Assembly: GCA_036785375.1 (NCBI GenBank)
Contig: JAWMAR010000868.1
Span: 124,001 to 188,000 of the forward strand
Direction of reading: 5' to 3'
Origin: Leucoraja ocellata
Taxonomy: Eukaryota
Length of the DNA stretch: 64,000 nucleotides
Below the pieces are notes generated by a model, which worked only from the letters and a program-made list of their open reading frames with translations, did not search any database and was not told where the DNA came from. Positions 36,431 to 49,189 of the stretch are shown piece after piece. How positions within the stretch are numbered: position 1 is the first letter of the stretch; every line of letters starts with the position of its first letter. A program made the translations under genes and the position numbers.

Positions 36431-37606
36431 TCACTTTGGCCAACAAGAGTTATTTTTTAAATGTGCTATAGAAATAAAAGTGACTTGACTTGAAGGGGAA
36501 CGTTTTCCAAACACAGGGTGATGGGCACAAGAGATGAGCTGCCGGTGGAGGTACTGTAACTGAGGCAGAAACAATACCATTTAAAAGACATACACACAGG
36601 TACATGGAAAAGAAATTTTAAGAGGGATATGGGCCAAACATGGCCAGCTATAGATGTGGCACCTTGGTTGTCATGGGCCAGCTGGGTCAAAAGGCCTGTT
36701 TCTTTGCTGTATGACTCGGAGATACTCTAAGACACCCCACCTTGTAGCTGTGACCTCTACTGTTGGACATTTCCACCCTTGGATAAAAGGTTATGACCAT
36801 CTACCCGATCCATGCCTCTCATAATTTTGTTTACTTCAATCAAGTCTCCCCTCAACCTGCGATATTCCAACGAAGCAAATTCAAGTCATTGAAACCCTGA
36901 CAACTGGCAACTGGAAAGTCCTTTCACCAGAGAGAGTGCAGTCCTAACCTCCCATCTACCACATTGGAGACCTTTGAACTATGTTTAATAAACATGATCA
37001 GACTTTTTCTTGCACTGAATGTTGCCCCTTTTATCTTGCACCTCCACACTGTGGACAGCATGATTGTAATCATGTATAGTTTTTCCGTTGACTGGATGGC
37101 ATGCAACAAAAAGCTTTTCACTGTTCCTGAGTGTATGTAACAATAATAAACTAAACTAAGCTAATCAGGTAGCATTCTGGTAAATCTCCTCTGCAACCTC
37201 TCGAAAACCTCCACATCTTATGAACTGTTTTTCCGGTAGTGGGGCGACCAGAACTGCAAACAATACTTTGAATGTGGCCTAACCAAAGTCCTATACAGCT
37301 GCATCGTGACTACCAGACTCTTGTATTCAATCCCCCTCGCAGTGCAGGCAAGCGCACAATTTATCTCCTTTACCACCTTATCTATTTCTGCTGCCACCTT
37401 CTGTAAACAATGAAATTGGACTCCAAGATCCCTCTGCACACCAATGCTTTTACAGGTCTTGCCATTAACTGCGTACTCTCTTCTTACATTTGATCCCGGT
37501 CTATCTTCTGGCAGCATTCCTTACTATCGGCAACTCCACCAATATTAGTATAGTCAACAAACATTCTCAACAACCCATCTACATTTACATCAGGTCATTT
37601 ATATAT

Positions 37607-38595
37607 TGTGACAACATGACCACTTTAAGGTCCACTCCGATTCCCAGCCACGGGCAAATGAGCAACAGTTGGATCTGATTAATGGTTATTGAACCAATTC
37701 ATCTGATCCTTGTCCTTATAAACCCTGGGGGAGGGGGAGGTGGAAGAGGGATTACCTTGTTTTGTGAGTCCACCTTACTGTGTGTTCCAGTGTGTTTATT
37801 GCTGATGTGGTGTCATGACCAATGTCACATTGGTGGAGAATGTGGGCATGAATACTGGGTCCTGAGGGACTGACTGGCATTTATTTGAGACCAGCATTGA
37901 ATAACAGTGAGTTGCCTGAGAACTACAGCAGCAACCCAAGAGTAGACCCATAACAGAATCACTGCTGCTTTGTGCCAGTGAAGGCACATTGCCCTGGGGT
38001 GCATGTGCAAGCATGCCTAAGCATTTTTAAACACATTTCAACTGACTGCTGAGAGGGAAGGATGGGGGTGTCAGGAATTGGATGCACATCTTGGCTCCAT
38101 ACCTGAGTGGTGAGACCCGGCAGGCTTATTTATCACCTACTGTGCAATGACTACACACTGTGATGCCACCAAGACAGAGGTACTGCAATGTGTTGGCCTC
38201 TCCCTCGTGGTCATGGCACAATTCCATGACTGGAAATACCACCCCAACAAACCTCCCTGACCTGAGCTGCCCCAAGTATAGAGTCTCGCCACTTGCAGGC
38301 TCCAGCCCGACCGGCATAACTCTGAGGAAGTTGTGGATCATGTGGTAATGGAATATTATCTAAGGAGCCTGCCAGCTGTGGACCAGGGTGCAGTGGTACC
38401 TCAGGCCACCCAAACTAATGAGGAAATTATTGAATGTGCTAAAGGAACCCAAGCTGTACAAACCACCGCTTGGGGCACTGCATGGGCAATAGCCCCTCTC
38501 AACACTAGAGGGAGGTGAAGCCCCGACTGGCTCAGCCAACTGGCAGGAAGGAATGGCATAAGCACCCCTGACAACCAGAGGCTGAGGAGGCCAAT
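37607..38595 (+). mobile_element. Gypsy-type LTR retrotransposon 5' end: LTR, tRNA-Ala PBS and degenerate gag
   Basis: LTR 37607-37829 is bounded by tgtgaca...tgtcaca. PBS tggtggagaatgtgggca (37831-37848) is one mismatch from the complement of the tRNA-Ala 3' end. DHVVMEYYLRSLP is a gag-like peptide. Confidence 0.8.
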
Positions 38596-41360
38596 TCAAT
38601 CGATATTTTAAAGGTGGAAATTGAGAGATTCTTGATTAGGATGGGGGTTAGGGGTTATGGAGAGAAGGCAGGAGAATGGGATTGAGAGGGAAAGATAGAT
38701 CAGCCATGATTGAATAGCGGAGTAGACTTGATGGGCCGAATGGCCTAATTCTGTTCTTGTAACTTATGGACATCAGCAAAAAATAGTGATGATAAGAAGT
38801 ACAGTGAACATAAATAATTATACAGAAACTTCATCCCCGCCATTCTCCAATTGAACTTGCATCCTTTTGGGAATTCTGCACCAGCACTCCCAGGGCACTT
38901 CGAAATTCTCTCCCCATTTCGAAAATAGTCTACGCCTTTATTCCTATGACCAAATGCATGAGTCAACACGTTGCTACACTGTATTCCATCTGCCACTTCA
39001 TTACCCTCTCTCCCAACCAGTCTACGTCCATCTACAGAGGCCCTGCTTACTCTGCACGAACTGTCACTCCACCTAGTAGATGCAACATGGCTAGTCACTG
39101 GCAGCCAACCAGAAAAAGCCACCTATATTGCTACTCTTTGCCTTCTGTCCTCCAGCCAACCTGCTGTCCATGCTAGTATCTTCCCTCAGCACCTTCTCCT
39201 TGGTAATAGCCACTACGCTAACTTTTACCTCCTAACTCTCTTGTATTTCAGGCACATTGCTGGTGCCTTTCACTGTGCAGACTGATGCAAAAAACGTATT
39301 CAATTCATCTACCATTTCTTTATTCCCCATTATCACTCTCCAGCATAATTTTCCAGTGGTCCAATGTCCACATTTGCCTCTTTCTTACACTTTATGTATC
39401 TGAAGGTACTTTTGCTATCCTCTTTATTACTATTAGCAAGCTTGCATTCATATTTCATCTTTTCCTCCATATTGCCTTTTTAGTTACCTTCTGTTGTTTT
39501 TTAAAAGCTTCCTAATTCTCTAACGTTCTACTTATCTTGTCAATGTGTTATCCCTTTTCTTTTAGTTTTTTACTGTCTCTGACTTCCCTTGTTACCACAG
39601 TCATCTCATTTTCCTCTTAGAATCTTTCTTCCTCTTCGGAATGAAAAGATCCTGCATCTTCTGAATTATTTCCTGAAATTCCTGCCATTGCTGTTCCATT
39701 GTCACTCCAGCTCAGGTCCCTTTCCAATCAACTTTTGCCATCTCCTGCCTCATGCTTCTGTGATCCCCATTCCTCAATAGTATTACTGACACATCCAATT
39801 TCATCTTCTCCATCTCAAATTGACGGTTGAATTTTATCACCTTATTTTCACTATTTCCTAGTGCTTCCATTACCTTAAATTCCCGCATCAAATCCGGTTC
39901 ATTACACAAAACCAAATCCACAGTTTCCTTTTCCCTGGCAAGGTCATCTACAAGCTAACAACTAAACTAATTTAGACACCATTCTGGTAAAGCTGCTGTT
40001 CATCCGCTCCAAAACCTCCACATAGTTCCTGCAATGGGGCAACCATACCTGCACACAATACTGCAAATGCGGACAAACCCACGCCCTACGCAGGGGCATC
40101 ATGATTTCCTGACTCTTGTATTCAATGCTACTTGCTATGAAGACAAGCATACCGTACACCATCTTTACCACCTTCTTTATCTACTTGTGCTGCCTCCTTC
40201 TGTGAACTATGAACTTGGACTCCAAGATCACTCTGTATATCAATGCTGTTAAGGATCTTGCCATTAACTGTATAATCTCTTATTGCATTCAAAGTCCACT
40301 TGCCATTTCTCAACCCGTTTCTGCAGCTGATCTGGATCCCTCTAGATCTTCTAACAGAATTCCTCATTATATGTAATGTCTAATTTTGGTGTAGTCCACC
40401 AACTCATTCACAAACCCATCTACATGTACATTTCGGTCATTTATATGTAATTGATAATACATTTGTTGAACATAATGCCCTATCGGCTTCTGGTTCACGT
40501 CTGACTCGGGGATGAAGTTTCTGTATAATTATTTATGTTTGCTGTATTTTTTATCATTACCATTTTTTGCTGTTGCTTCAATTATTTAATAGAATTTTGA
40601 TCTTTCCATTCCAACTTGACGCTTCCATGGATCTGACCCCTTGAATTAAGGGCAATAGTTCAGAAGTTTCATAATTTCATAAGTCATAGGAGCAGAATTA
40701 GGACATTCGGCGCATCAAGTCTACTCCATCATTCAATCATGGCTGATCTATCTTTCCCTCTCAAGCCCATTCTCCTGCCACTCCCCATAAACCCTGACAC
40801 CCGTACTAATCGAGCATCTATCAATCTCTTCCTTAAAATTATCCATTGACGTCTTCCACAGTCTTCTATGGCAATTAATTCCACTGATTCACCATCCACT
40901 GATTCAAGAAAATCTTCCTCATCACCTTTCTCAAGATGTGTCCATTTATTCGGTGGCTAAAGCCACTGGTCCTCAACTATCCCATTAGTGGAACCATACT
41001 CTACACATCCACTCTAGCCGGGCTTTTCACAATTCGGTACGTTTCAATGGGATCCCCCTTCACCCTAAACTCCAGCATGTACAGGCCCAGTGCTGTCAAA
41101 CTCTCATCAGATGTTAATCAATCATTCCTGGGACCATTCTTGTAAACCTCCACTGGACCCTCTCCAAAGCCAGCACATCCTTCCTCAGATATGGGGCCTC
41201 AAACTGCTCACAATACTGCAAATGCGGTCACACCTGTGCATTGAATAGCCACAGCATTATATTCATGTTTTTATACTCTAGTCCTTTCAAAATAAATGTT
41301 ACCATTGCATTTGCCTTGCTTACTACTGGTTCGACTTGCAGATTAACATTTTGGGGATCC
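38596..41360. mobile_element. Mosaic of old CR1 fragments, mostly minus strand
   Basis: DLVLCNEPDL, PHLQYCVQVWLPH and several 3' tails. Confidence 0.8.
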
Positions 41361-42164
41361 TAAAAGTGGTAAATCCAAATTTACCACCTTAATGGATTTT
41401 CTCCGACCGTTGACATTTAGAACTCTTTCAAAACAAAGGCCACAATTGGCTTTCACGAGGACTTGAGGCAGTTGGTTATGAATCTTAATATATGTATTCT
41501 AATAACACACCCTCTTGCAGAAATGGTCATGCTCAATAAGCAGTGTTCCCAACACACAATTAGGAGAGGTCTTATGAGAAGGTGACACTGATATTTTAAA
41601 CATTGAATGTAAAAAGTACTGGCCACTTTCTGCAGATTATTCACAGCATGTCTCTGCACAATATCTGTTGCTGTTGAGCTGGCAGGAAACAACTGCTATA
41701 GTGGTGTTTGCTGCGCTTATCTGTCATTTATCTTCTGTGAAATATTGGTATGCTGACAAACATGTTTCCGCAGCACACTGATCAGAAGATTTGGGATCTA
41801 AGTTCTATTCCAGGCACATATTCAAAATGGTTCATTTGCAACTTCTGGTTCAGTGCCAGGTAAATGGTGTGATGTATAACGTGGAATGCTTCATATTTCT
41901 CTCTGAGTGCATGTCCCTCATCTGGAAAGTCAACTGTGTCTCTTTCCACATAATCTGCCTATCCTGCATAGATTGTCCAGAATATTCAATTTTCATTTTT
42001 GTTGCTCATGTCAAGTCAATTTTCTTTTCTAACTCATCACTTCTAGCCTGTTTGGTCTGACCACAACATTGATTATTCATTACCCGGACAAAGAGTCTTA
42101 ACGTGCTGGTAACCGCAGTCATGAAGCCATTTCAATTAATCACATCGCATTCATTCCCTTTGTA

Positions 42165-42593
42165 TAATAAAGAATAAAAACCCTAACACCTGTCCGACAG
42201 ATCAGAAACACTCTTCAGGAGTCAGGTGTGGATTTGTCAATGACCACTGTCCGCAGAAGAAATCATGAACAGAAATACAGAAGCTACAAGATGCAAACCA
42301 CTGGTTAGCCACAAAAATAGGAATGGCCAGGTTACAGTGTGCCAAGAAGTGCTTAAAAGAGCAACTACAGTTCTGGAAAAATGTCTTGTGGACAGATGAG
42401 ACGAAGATTAACATATCAGAGTGATGGCAAGAGCAAAGTATGGAGGAGAGAAGGAATTGCCCAAGATCCAAAGCATGCCACCTCATCTTTGAAACATGGT
42501 GGTGTAGGTGTTATGGCCTGGGCATGTATGGCTGTTGAAGGTACTGGCTCACTTATCTTCATTGATGATACAACTGCTGATGGTAGTAGCATA
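42165..42593 (+). mobile_element. Tc1-family transposase fragment
   Basis: RCKPLVSHKN, FWKNVLWTDETKIN, KHGGVGVMAWACM; frameshifted, no TIRs seen. Confidence 0.9.
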
Positions 42594-43251
42594 AGCACTA
42601 CTTTAGAAAGACGTTGTACAGATCTATGGAAAGGAAGGATATGGAGGGCCATGGGTCAAGTGCAGACAGATAGTCGGGGGTGAAGGCTGGCAAAGAAAGA
42701 TGAGGATGGGACAAGGCCTGTTAAGTGTTGGGTGGATATAGGTGAGGGGTTTTGATTGGCAGATGTGTGGAGTGACAAAGCTTGACATTTGTGTTCTATG
42801 GGCCCTCCATTGCCAGAGTGAGGCCACGTGAAAACTGGAGGAACAGCAACTCATATTCCTCTTGGGTAGCTTACACCCAATGGTTGGAACACTGAATACT
42901 CTCATTTTAAGCAAGACCTCCAACCTCTCTCCCATTCCTGCACCGCTGCATCCCGGTGCATACACATTTCTCCCATATTTCTTCCTCATTTTCCCATCTC
43001 CCCACCCTCATCTTCCCTTCCAGATATATCCATTTCTCTCCTTCTCTGACCCCCTTTTGTGGTTTCATCTCTAGCCTTTTTTGCTTACTACACCCATCTT
43101 GAAAACAAACACCATTAACATGTATCCGTCTATCGCCATGTCCAACTCTCAGGTTTTTCAGCCTTCATAGAACTACATTCAGACTGAAGAAGGATTCCAG
43201 CTTGAAATGACACTTATCCATTCCCTCTGCAGATGCTACCTGAGCCAGTCA

Positions 43252-43770
43252 AGCCCTTGTCCAACTTTTATGACCTAATTGACGACCTCTGCCAAGTTTG
43301 CCCTTGACTTATACTCGCAGCATGGTCGCGATGATGTCATAGGAGGTCGTAGGAGGTCTTCGTAACTCTTCCTCATGCTCGTGAGTGGTCTCCGCGTACT
43401 CGTGGCCTCAAGTAGGTCGCGCTGTTTTTTCCAGCCTGATAAAGAATGTCCACGAGTAAGAAAAAGGATGGCATGGAAAAAATTTATACTTTTTACTCGT
43501 AGGTAGATCGTAATGTAGGTCAAAGTAGGTCGTGATAGTAGTCGTAGGTCGGTAACTGGCCCGAGAACAAAATGCAAACATGGCATCATTTTATCATGTG
43601 ATCATTTTCCACTCGTAGCTAGGTGTGGTAGACTGAGGTCGAGGGGGGGGGGGGGTCGTAGGAGGTCGTAGACAAAGTCATAGGAGGTCTTTTACTTCAG
43701 CGAGTCAACACGCTGACATTTGTTTCAACTTGTCTAGGGTCTTCTAAACTTGTGGATTAGGTTGCACCAT
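43252..43770. mobile_element. Probable non-autonomous DNA element rich in GGTCGTA sub-repeats
   Basis: Repeated aggtcgta motifs; termini not resolved and superfamily not assigned. Confidence 0.35.
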
Positions 43771-44309
43771 CTGTGTGAATGCTGCTAGAGAAACATTGAT
43801 TCTTGCAGCCTCATCTCAAACTGAGTGCCCAGAGGTGTGTTAGTGCACGGAGCCATCCACGTTCACACTGTGTCCATCTTCACATTGTATATCTCCTGTC
43901 CTGTAAAATAAATGCACGGAACTGCAAGTTTACAGAATGCGCTGTTGCTGAAATGTGATACATTTTTGCTGCATCCCACACAAGATCAATATGCCCGCCA
44001 TCTTTTCCAGTGGTAATAATTTTAGAACCACCATATAGTGTGATGTTGGGAGCTTTGGACACAGAGTATTTAAAGTAGACAGCGCACTCTGGTGGTGATT
44101 TGTGGAAGGCAATTTGGTTTCGGAAATTGCAATGCTCACAATGTGTGAATGAAAAGAGAATGAGCAGTTGCTTTGTGAGGAACAGCAACCTGTTGATTGG
44201 GGAGCAGAAATCAAAACAAAACATAGACAGCGTGAAGAGTGATGAAAACAAATATCTCATGTAACAACTTGACCTGGGACAAGCAAGGAAGATGCAAATA
44301 AATCAAGTT

Positions 44310-45650
44310 GCAGATAGAGTCATAGAGTAATTCAACATGGAAAAAGGCCCTTCTTAGGCCCAACTTTCCCACACCGGCCAAAACGTCCAAGTTTGACTAA
44401 TCCCACCTGCCTGTGTTTGGCCTACATACCTCTAGATCTATCCTATCCATGTACATGTCTATTTCTTAAACATTGCGATAGTCCCTGCCTCAGATACCTC
44501 CTCTGGCAGCTTGTTCCATACACCCATCACCCTTTGTGTGAAAAAGGAACCCCTCAGATTCCTATTAAATCTGTTCCCCTTCACCTTAAATACATGTCCT
44601 CTGGTCCTCGATTCCGCTACCCTGGGCAATAAATTCTGTGCATCTACCCAATCTTTTCCTCTCATGATTTTGCACACCTCTATAAGATCACCCCTCATCC
44701 TCCTGCGCTGCAAGGAATAGAGTACCAGCATACTTAACTTCTCCCTATAGCTCAGACCTTCGAGTACTGGAAACATCCTCGTAACTCTTCTCTGTAGCCT
44801 TTCTAACTTTGGAACATCTTTTCTATAATTGGAGCCCAAAACGGAACACAAACTCCAAATGCGGCCTCACCAACGTCCTATATAACTGCAAAATGATCTG
44901 CCAACTATTGCAGTATACTCAATAGGTAGACACAAAATGCTGTGAGTAACTCAGCAGGACAGGCAGCATCTCAGGAGAGAAGGAATGGGTGACGTTTCAG
45001 GTCGAGACCCTTCTTCTGTCTGAGTTACTCCAGCATTTTGTGTCTACCTTCAATTTAAACAAACATCTGCAGTTCCTTCCTACACATTATATACTCAATA
45101 CTATGACTGATGAAGACCAATGTGCCAATAGACTTTTATACCTATCCACCTGTGATTCTACCTTCAAGGAAGTATATACCTGCACTCCTACATCCCTCTG
45201 CTCTACAAAACTACACTCCCCAGAGCCCCAACATTAACTGTGTATGTCCTGCCCAAGTTAGACCTCCCAAAATGTAACACTTCACATTTCTCTGTATTAA
45301 ATTCCATCAACCACTCCTCAGCTCATCTGGCCAACCTGTTGCAATTTTTCATAACCATCCTCACTATTTGAAATATCACCCACTTTTATATTATGTGCAA
45401 CTAACTAATCTTGCCATGTATGTTCTCATCCAAATCATTACAAACAGTAATGGGCCCAGCACTGCACCATGAGCCACCACTGGTCACAGGCCTCCAGTCC
45501 AAGAATCAACGTTCTACCATCATCCGTGATGGAGTTCCTTCCATGAAGCCAATTTTCTATCCATTTAGCTATCTCTCCATGACTCCCATGCGATCTAACT
45601 TTTCAGGGCAGCCTACCATATGAAACTTTGTTGAATGATTTGCTCAATTC
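44310..45650 (-). mobile_element. CR1 LINE 3' portion interrupted by a Penelope-derived repeat (about 44925-45085)
   Basis: ORF 44459-44851 LSYREKL...RRRMRGDLIEV...FFTQRVMGVWNKLP. Confidence 0.85.
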
Positions 45651-46080
45651 CACATCTATCTATACTATTACTAAAAGTCTCATCTTGTCCCACTTCCTGT
45701 CTACATTGTAAATACATTTTAGAAAAACACTACCCTATATCGCTATGATTATTTCGCCATCTTACTCACCGCCCTCCTCTCCTCCAACCACCCTGAGATT
45801 TTTTCTGATCGGTGAAATAATAAAAAAGTTATGAATGTTTAAAAAAAATCATGAGATCAACTGATTGGTCTTCTCGCCTGTCACTCACCATGATGAAGGT
45901 AACGCCCCTTCTGGGGGGCCAGTGGTATAAAGCCCCAGATGCCAGACATGAGTCAGCCACTCTGGAAGACCGTGAGTGAGAGTTCAATCCAGAACTTTGA
46001 TTCTCCGCCATGTGTGAACTGAAATGTGTCTGTGCTGTGCTGATTGAACTGTGCCTGCCCCATGAGTGAACTGAATTGGT

Positions 46081-46458
46081 AGCCCTGCATTGTGCTTGAC
46101 TTGAAATGAAATGGATTGAATTGTTGGTCCTGCACTGTGCTTGACTTGAAATGAAATGGATTTTGTTCTTGGCCCTGCACTGTGCTTGACTTGATATGAA
46201 ATGTATTTTGTTCTTGGACCTGCACTGTGCTTGACTGGAAATGAAATGGATTTTGTTCTTGGCCCTGCACTGTGCTTGACTTGAAATTGAATTTATTGAA
46301 TTGATGGCCCTGCACTGTGCTTGACTTGGAATGGAATGGATTCAATTGTTGGCCCTGCACTGTGCTTGACTTGGAATGGAATGGATTAAATTGTTGGCCC
46401 CGCACTTTGCTTGACTTGGAATGGAATGGATTCAATTGTTGGCCCTGCACTGTGCTTG
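46081..46458 (+). repeat. 45-bp tandem repeat, ~8.4 copies
   Basis: Units start at 46081, 46126, 46171 ... 46441; consensus ggccctgcactgtgcttgacttg(a/g)aatg(a/g)aatggatt. Confidence 0.97.
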
Positions 46459-46636
46459 GTCCAAAGGTCATGCTCACTCCGGAAGTCCTGCTCACTCCAG
46501 AAGTCCCATTCTGTGGAGAGGCCGCGCTCAGCCGCATGAGTAGGTCCAAGAGAGTTTTACTGTCATATATATGTTGTGTGTGTGAGTGACTGTGTGTGTG
46601 TTTGAGATGGAGGGTGTCTGTGTGTGTGTGGCTGTG

Positions 46637-47056
46637 NNNNNNNNNNNNNNNNNNNNNNNNNNNNNNNNNNNNNNNNNNNNNNNNNNNNNNNNNNNNNNNN
46701 NNNNNNNNNNNNNNNNNNNNNNNNNNNNNNNNNNNNNNNNNNNNNNNNNNNNNNNNNNNNNNNNNNNNNNNNNNNNNNNNNNNNNNNNNNNNNNNNNNNN
46801 NNNNNNNNNNNNNNNNNNNNNNNNNNNNNNNNNNNNNNNNNNNNNNNNNNNNNNNNNNNNNNNNNNNNNNNNNNNNNNNNNNNNNNNNNNNNNNNNNNNN
46901 NNNNNNNNNNNNNNNNNNNNNNNNNNNNNNNNNNNNNNNNNNNNNNNNNNNNNNNNNNNNNNNNNNNNNNNNNNNNNNNNNNNNNNNNNNNNNNNNNNNN
47001 NNNNNNNNNNNNNNNNNNNNNNNNNNNNNNNNNNNNNNNNNNNNNNNNNNNNNNNN
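46637..47056. other. Assembly gap
   Basis: Run of N flanked by TG-rich sequence. Confidence 1.
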
Positions 47057-49189
47057 TGTGAGCCCACCAACCGTGAGTGAGTGAGGCAACTGCCAGCCCA
47101 TCTTTGACCTTCCTGAAACCACTCGTTTCAGCCCACAAGGCCCCTATTAGCCCAGAAACCTGGCCCCGTTTCCCAAAATGCCTGTATTAGCTCAGGCGGA
47201 ACATTTTGGCCCAAAAGACACGTCAGGCCAGGAAATGTCCAGAAACAATTTATTTCACTGAGATTTCACTCAGATTGTTTTTGTCTCTTTGGCCCATCAG
47301 GCCTGTACGAGCCCAGGAGGAGTCCCTTCAGCCCATCAGCAAGTATTACCCCTGTAAGTATTAAACCTCAGCCACGTATTTTTATCCCTCCCTTCATTGG
47401 CTCCGTGTGAGATCCACGCCAGGATAGACGTTCCTCCTTCATTGCTGTGATCTGTAGAAAACTGTCTAAAATTGAATCTCCACTCCCCCCCCCCCCCCCC
47501 CCCCCGCAGAATTTCTGGCCGTTTCTGAGCTGTCAGCCCACCAGCCATGAGTGAGTGTGTTGCCAGCCAACCAGGCCTGATTGACTGAGCTGCCAGCCCT
47601 CCAGGCCTGAGTGGGGGAGGGGGGGGGGGGTTCAGCTGGAAGAGAAGTGGGGGCCGGACAAAACCGGGCAGGAGATAGGTTGATTCAAGTCAAGGAGGTT
47701 TAGACTGGTAGATGGGTGGACAAAGTCCAGAGATGGGAAGAAGAGAAAAGGCTGTGACATGAGTAGATTAGGAGAGAGGTTGCTCGCAATGTGAAGCCAG
47801 AGGAAGGGAGAGAGGTGGAAGGCGATGTAGGAATGGGAATGGGAAAGGATGATTGATGGTAAAATACCCAAGCGGAATATGAGGCGCTGTTCTTGCAGTT
47901 TGTGTGTGGTCTCATTCTGGCAGTGGAGGTGACCCATGACGGAAAATCAGTATGGGGATGGGAATGGGGAATGGTTAAAATGGGAGGTAGTCTCCAAAAA
48001 ATATTGGAGAACAAGGAACTGCAAACTTTTATCAGCCTGAAACGTCACCTATCCAAGTTCTCCAGAGATGCTGCCTGACCCGCTGAGTTACTCCAGCACC
48101 TTGTGCCTCTAAACAACATTGTAGCCTCACGTGATGGTGGTGTGAGGTAGTGGTTCTGTGACTGAACACAGACAGGATCGCAGAGAGCTGATCCAAGGGC
48201 ACAAGGTCAAATCCCATCATAGTAGCTGCAGCTATTTAATAACTTAAATAATTAATTAAGCTGGGGATATGAAACTCTAATCTCAGTACGATCCTCTAGG
48301 TTGCCATAAAAAGCATCTGATTCTCTGATGTCTTTCAAGAGAGAAGTTCTGTCAACTGAATATGCCAGCTCCTAATTGGCCGCTCCGTTAAATATCTTGT
48401 TTTTCTCATTGGCAGTTGTGCCTTTCAATGCGGATATCAAAGTAAACCACCCGGCCGCTGTTCTGCTCTGTTCCGCCTGCTGGCGTGAACCACTCCACCC
48501 CATTGGTTTACAGGGCGCTCTTTAAAACCTTCTTGCTGCTGCTCCGCTCTGATACCCCTCGAAACGTGCTCATCTCATCTTCCATCAGGGTCGTCGCTGC
48601 CTCAAGAGTTTACGTTACAACTTTGCATCACATGCTACCTCTCACTGTCCATGTAGGGAAAGTTTCTGACGGTCATTCCACTCGTCTCTCTGTATATCGT
48701 CTGGTCTGGTTGGCACGCCTCCATATCCTGGAATCACATCGGCAAAACATTACACAGCTTTGTAGACGAATGTTATAATCTGGTCTCCGAAAATGTTGTT
48801 AATCGCAAAGATGTTGTTCAACTGGAAAGTGAGCTGAGACGATTTACCAGGATGTTGCCAGGACTCGAGTGCTTGAGCCATAGCGGGAGACTGAGAAGAC
48901 GTGGACATTAAGCCTCGGAGCGCAGGAGGATAAGGGATGATTTTATGGAGGTGTACAGGATCATGAGAGGACTATATAGGATAGAGGCAGAGTTTTTTTA
49001 CCTAGTGTTGTGGAATCAAGACCCAGAGGACATAGGTTCCAGGTGGGGGGGGGGGGGGGATTTAATAGGAAGCCGAGGGCAACGTTGTGTACGTAAAGGG
49101 TGGTAGATATATGGAATGAGCTGCTGGAGGAGGTCGTTGGGGGCAGGTAGCATCACTAAATTAAAAAACAAATTTGGACAGTCACATGA

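Larger units (their letters stand above)
45655..47620 (+). mobile_element. Probable non-autonomous Helitron 5' portion
   Basis: Starts A|TCTATCTATACTATTACTAAAAG, resembling Helitron 5' TC termini, with internal tandem repeats. No 3' hairpin or CTAG end was found, and a gap lies inside. Confidence 0.5.

Noticed and set aside
46081-46458. CRISPR-like alternation of a conserved ~22 bp and a variable ~23 bp segment
   Set aside because: The variable parts are homologous to each other, the context is a vertebrate genome and no cas genes are present. It is a minisatellite.
45953-47138. Long ORFs of 145-389 aa
   Set aside because: They are inflated by the N gap, which cannot contain stops. The same applies to 18193-18486.
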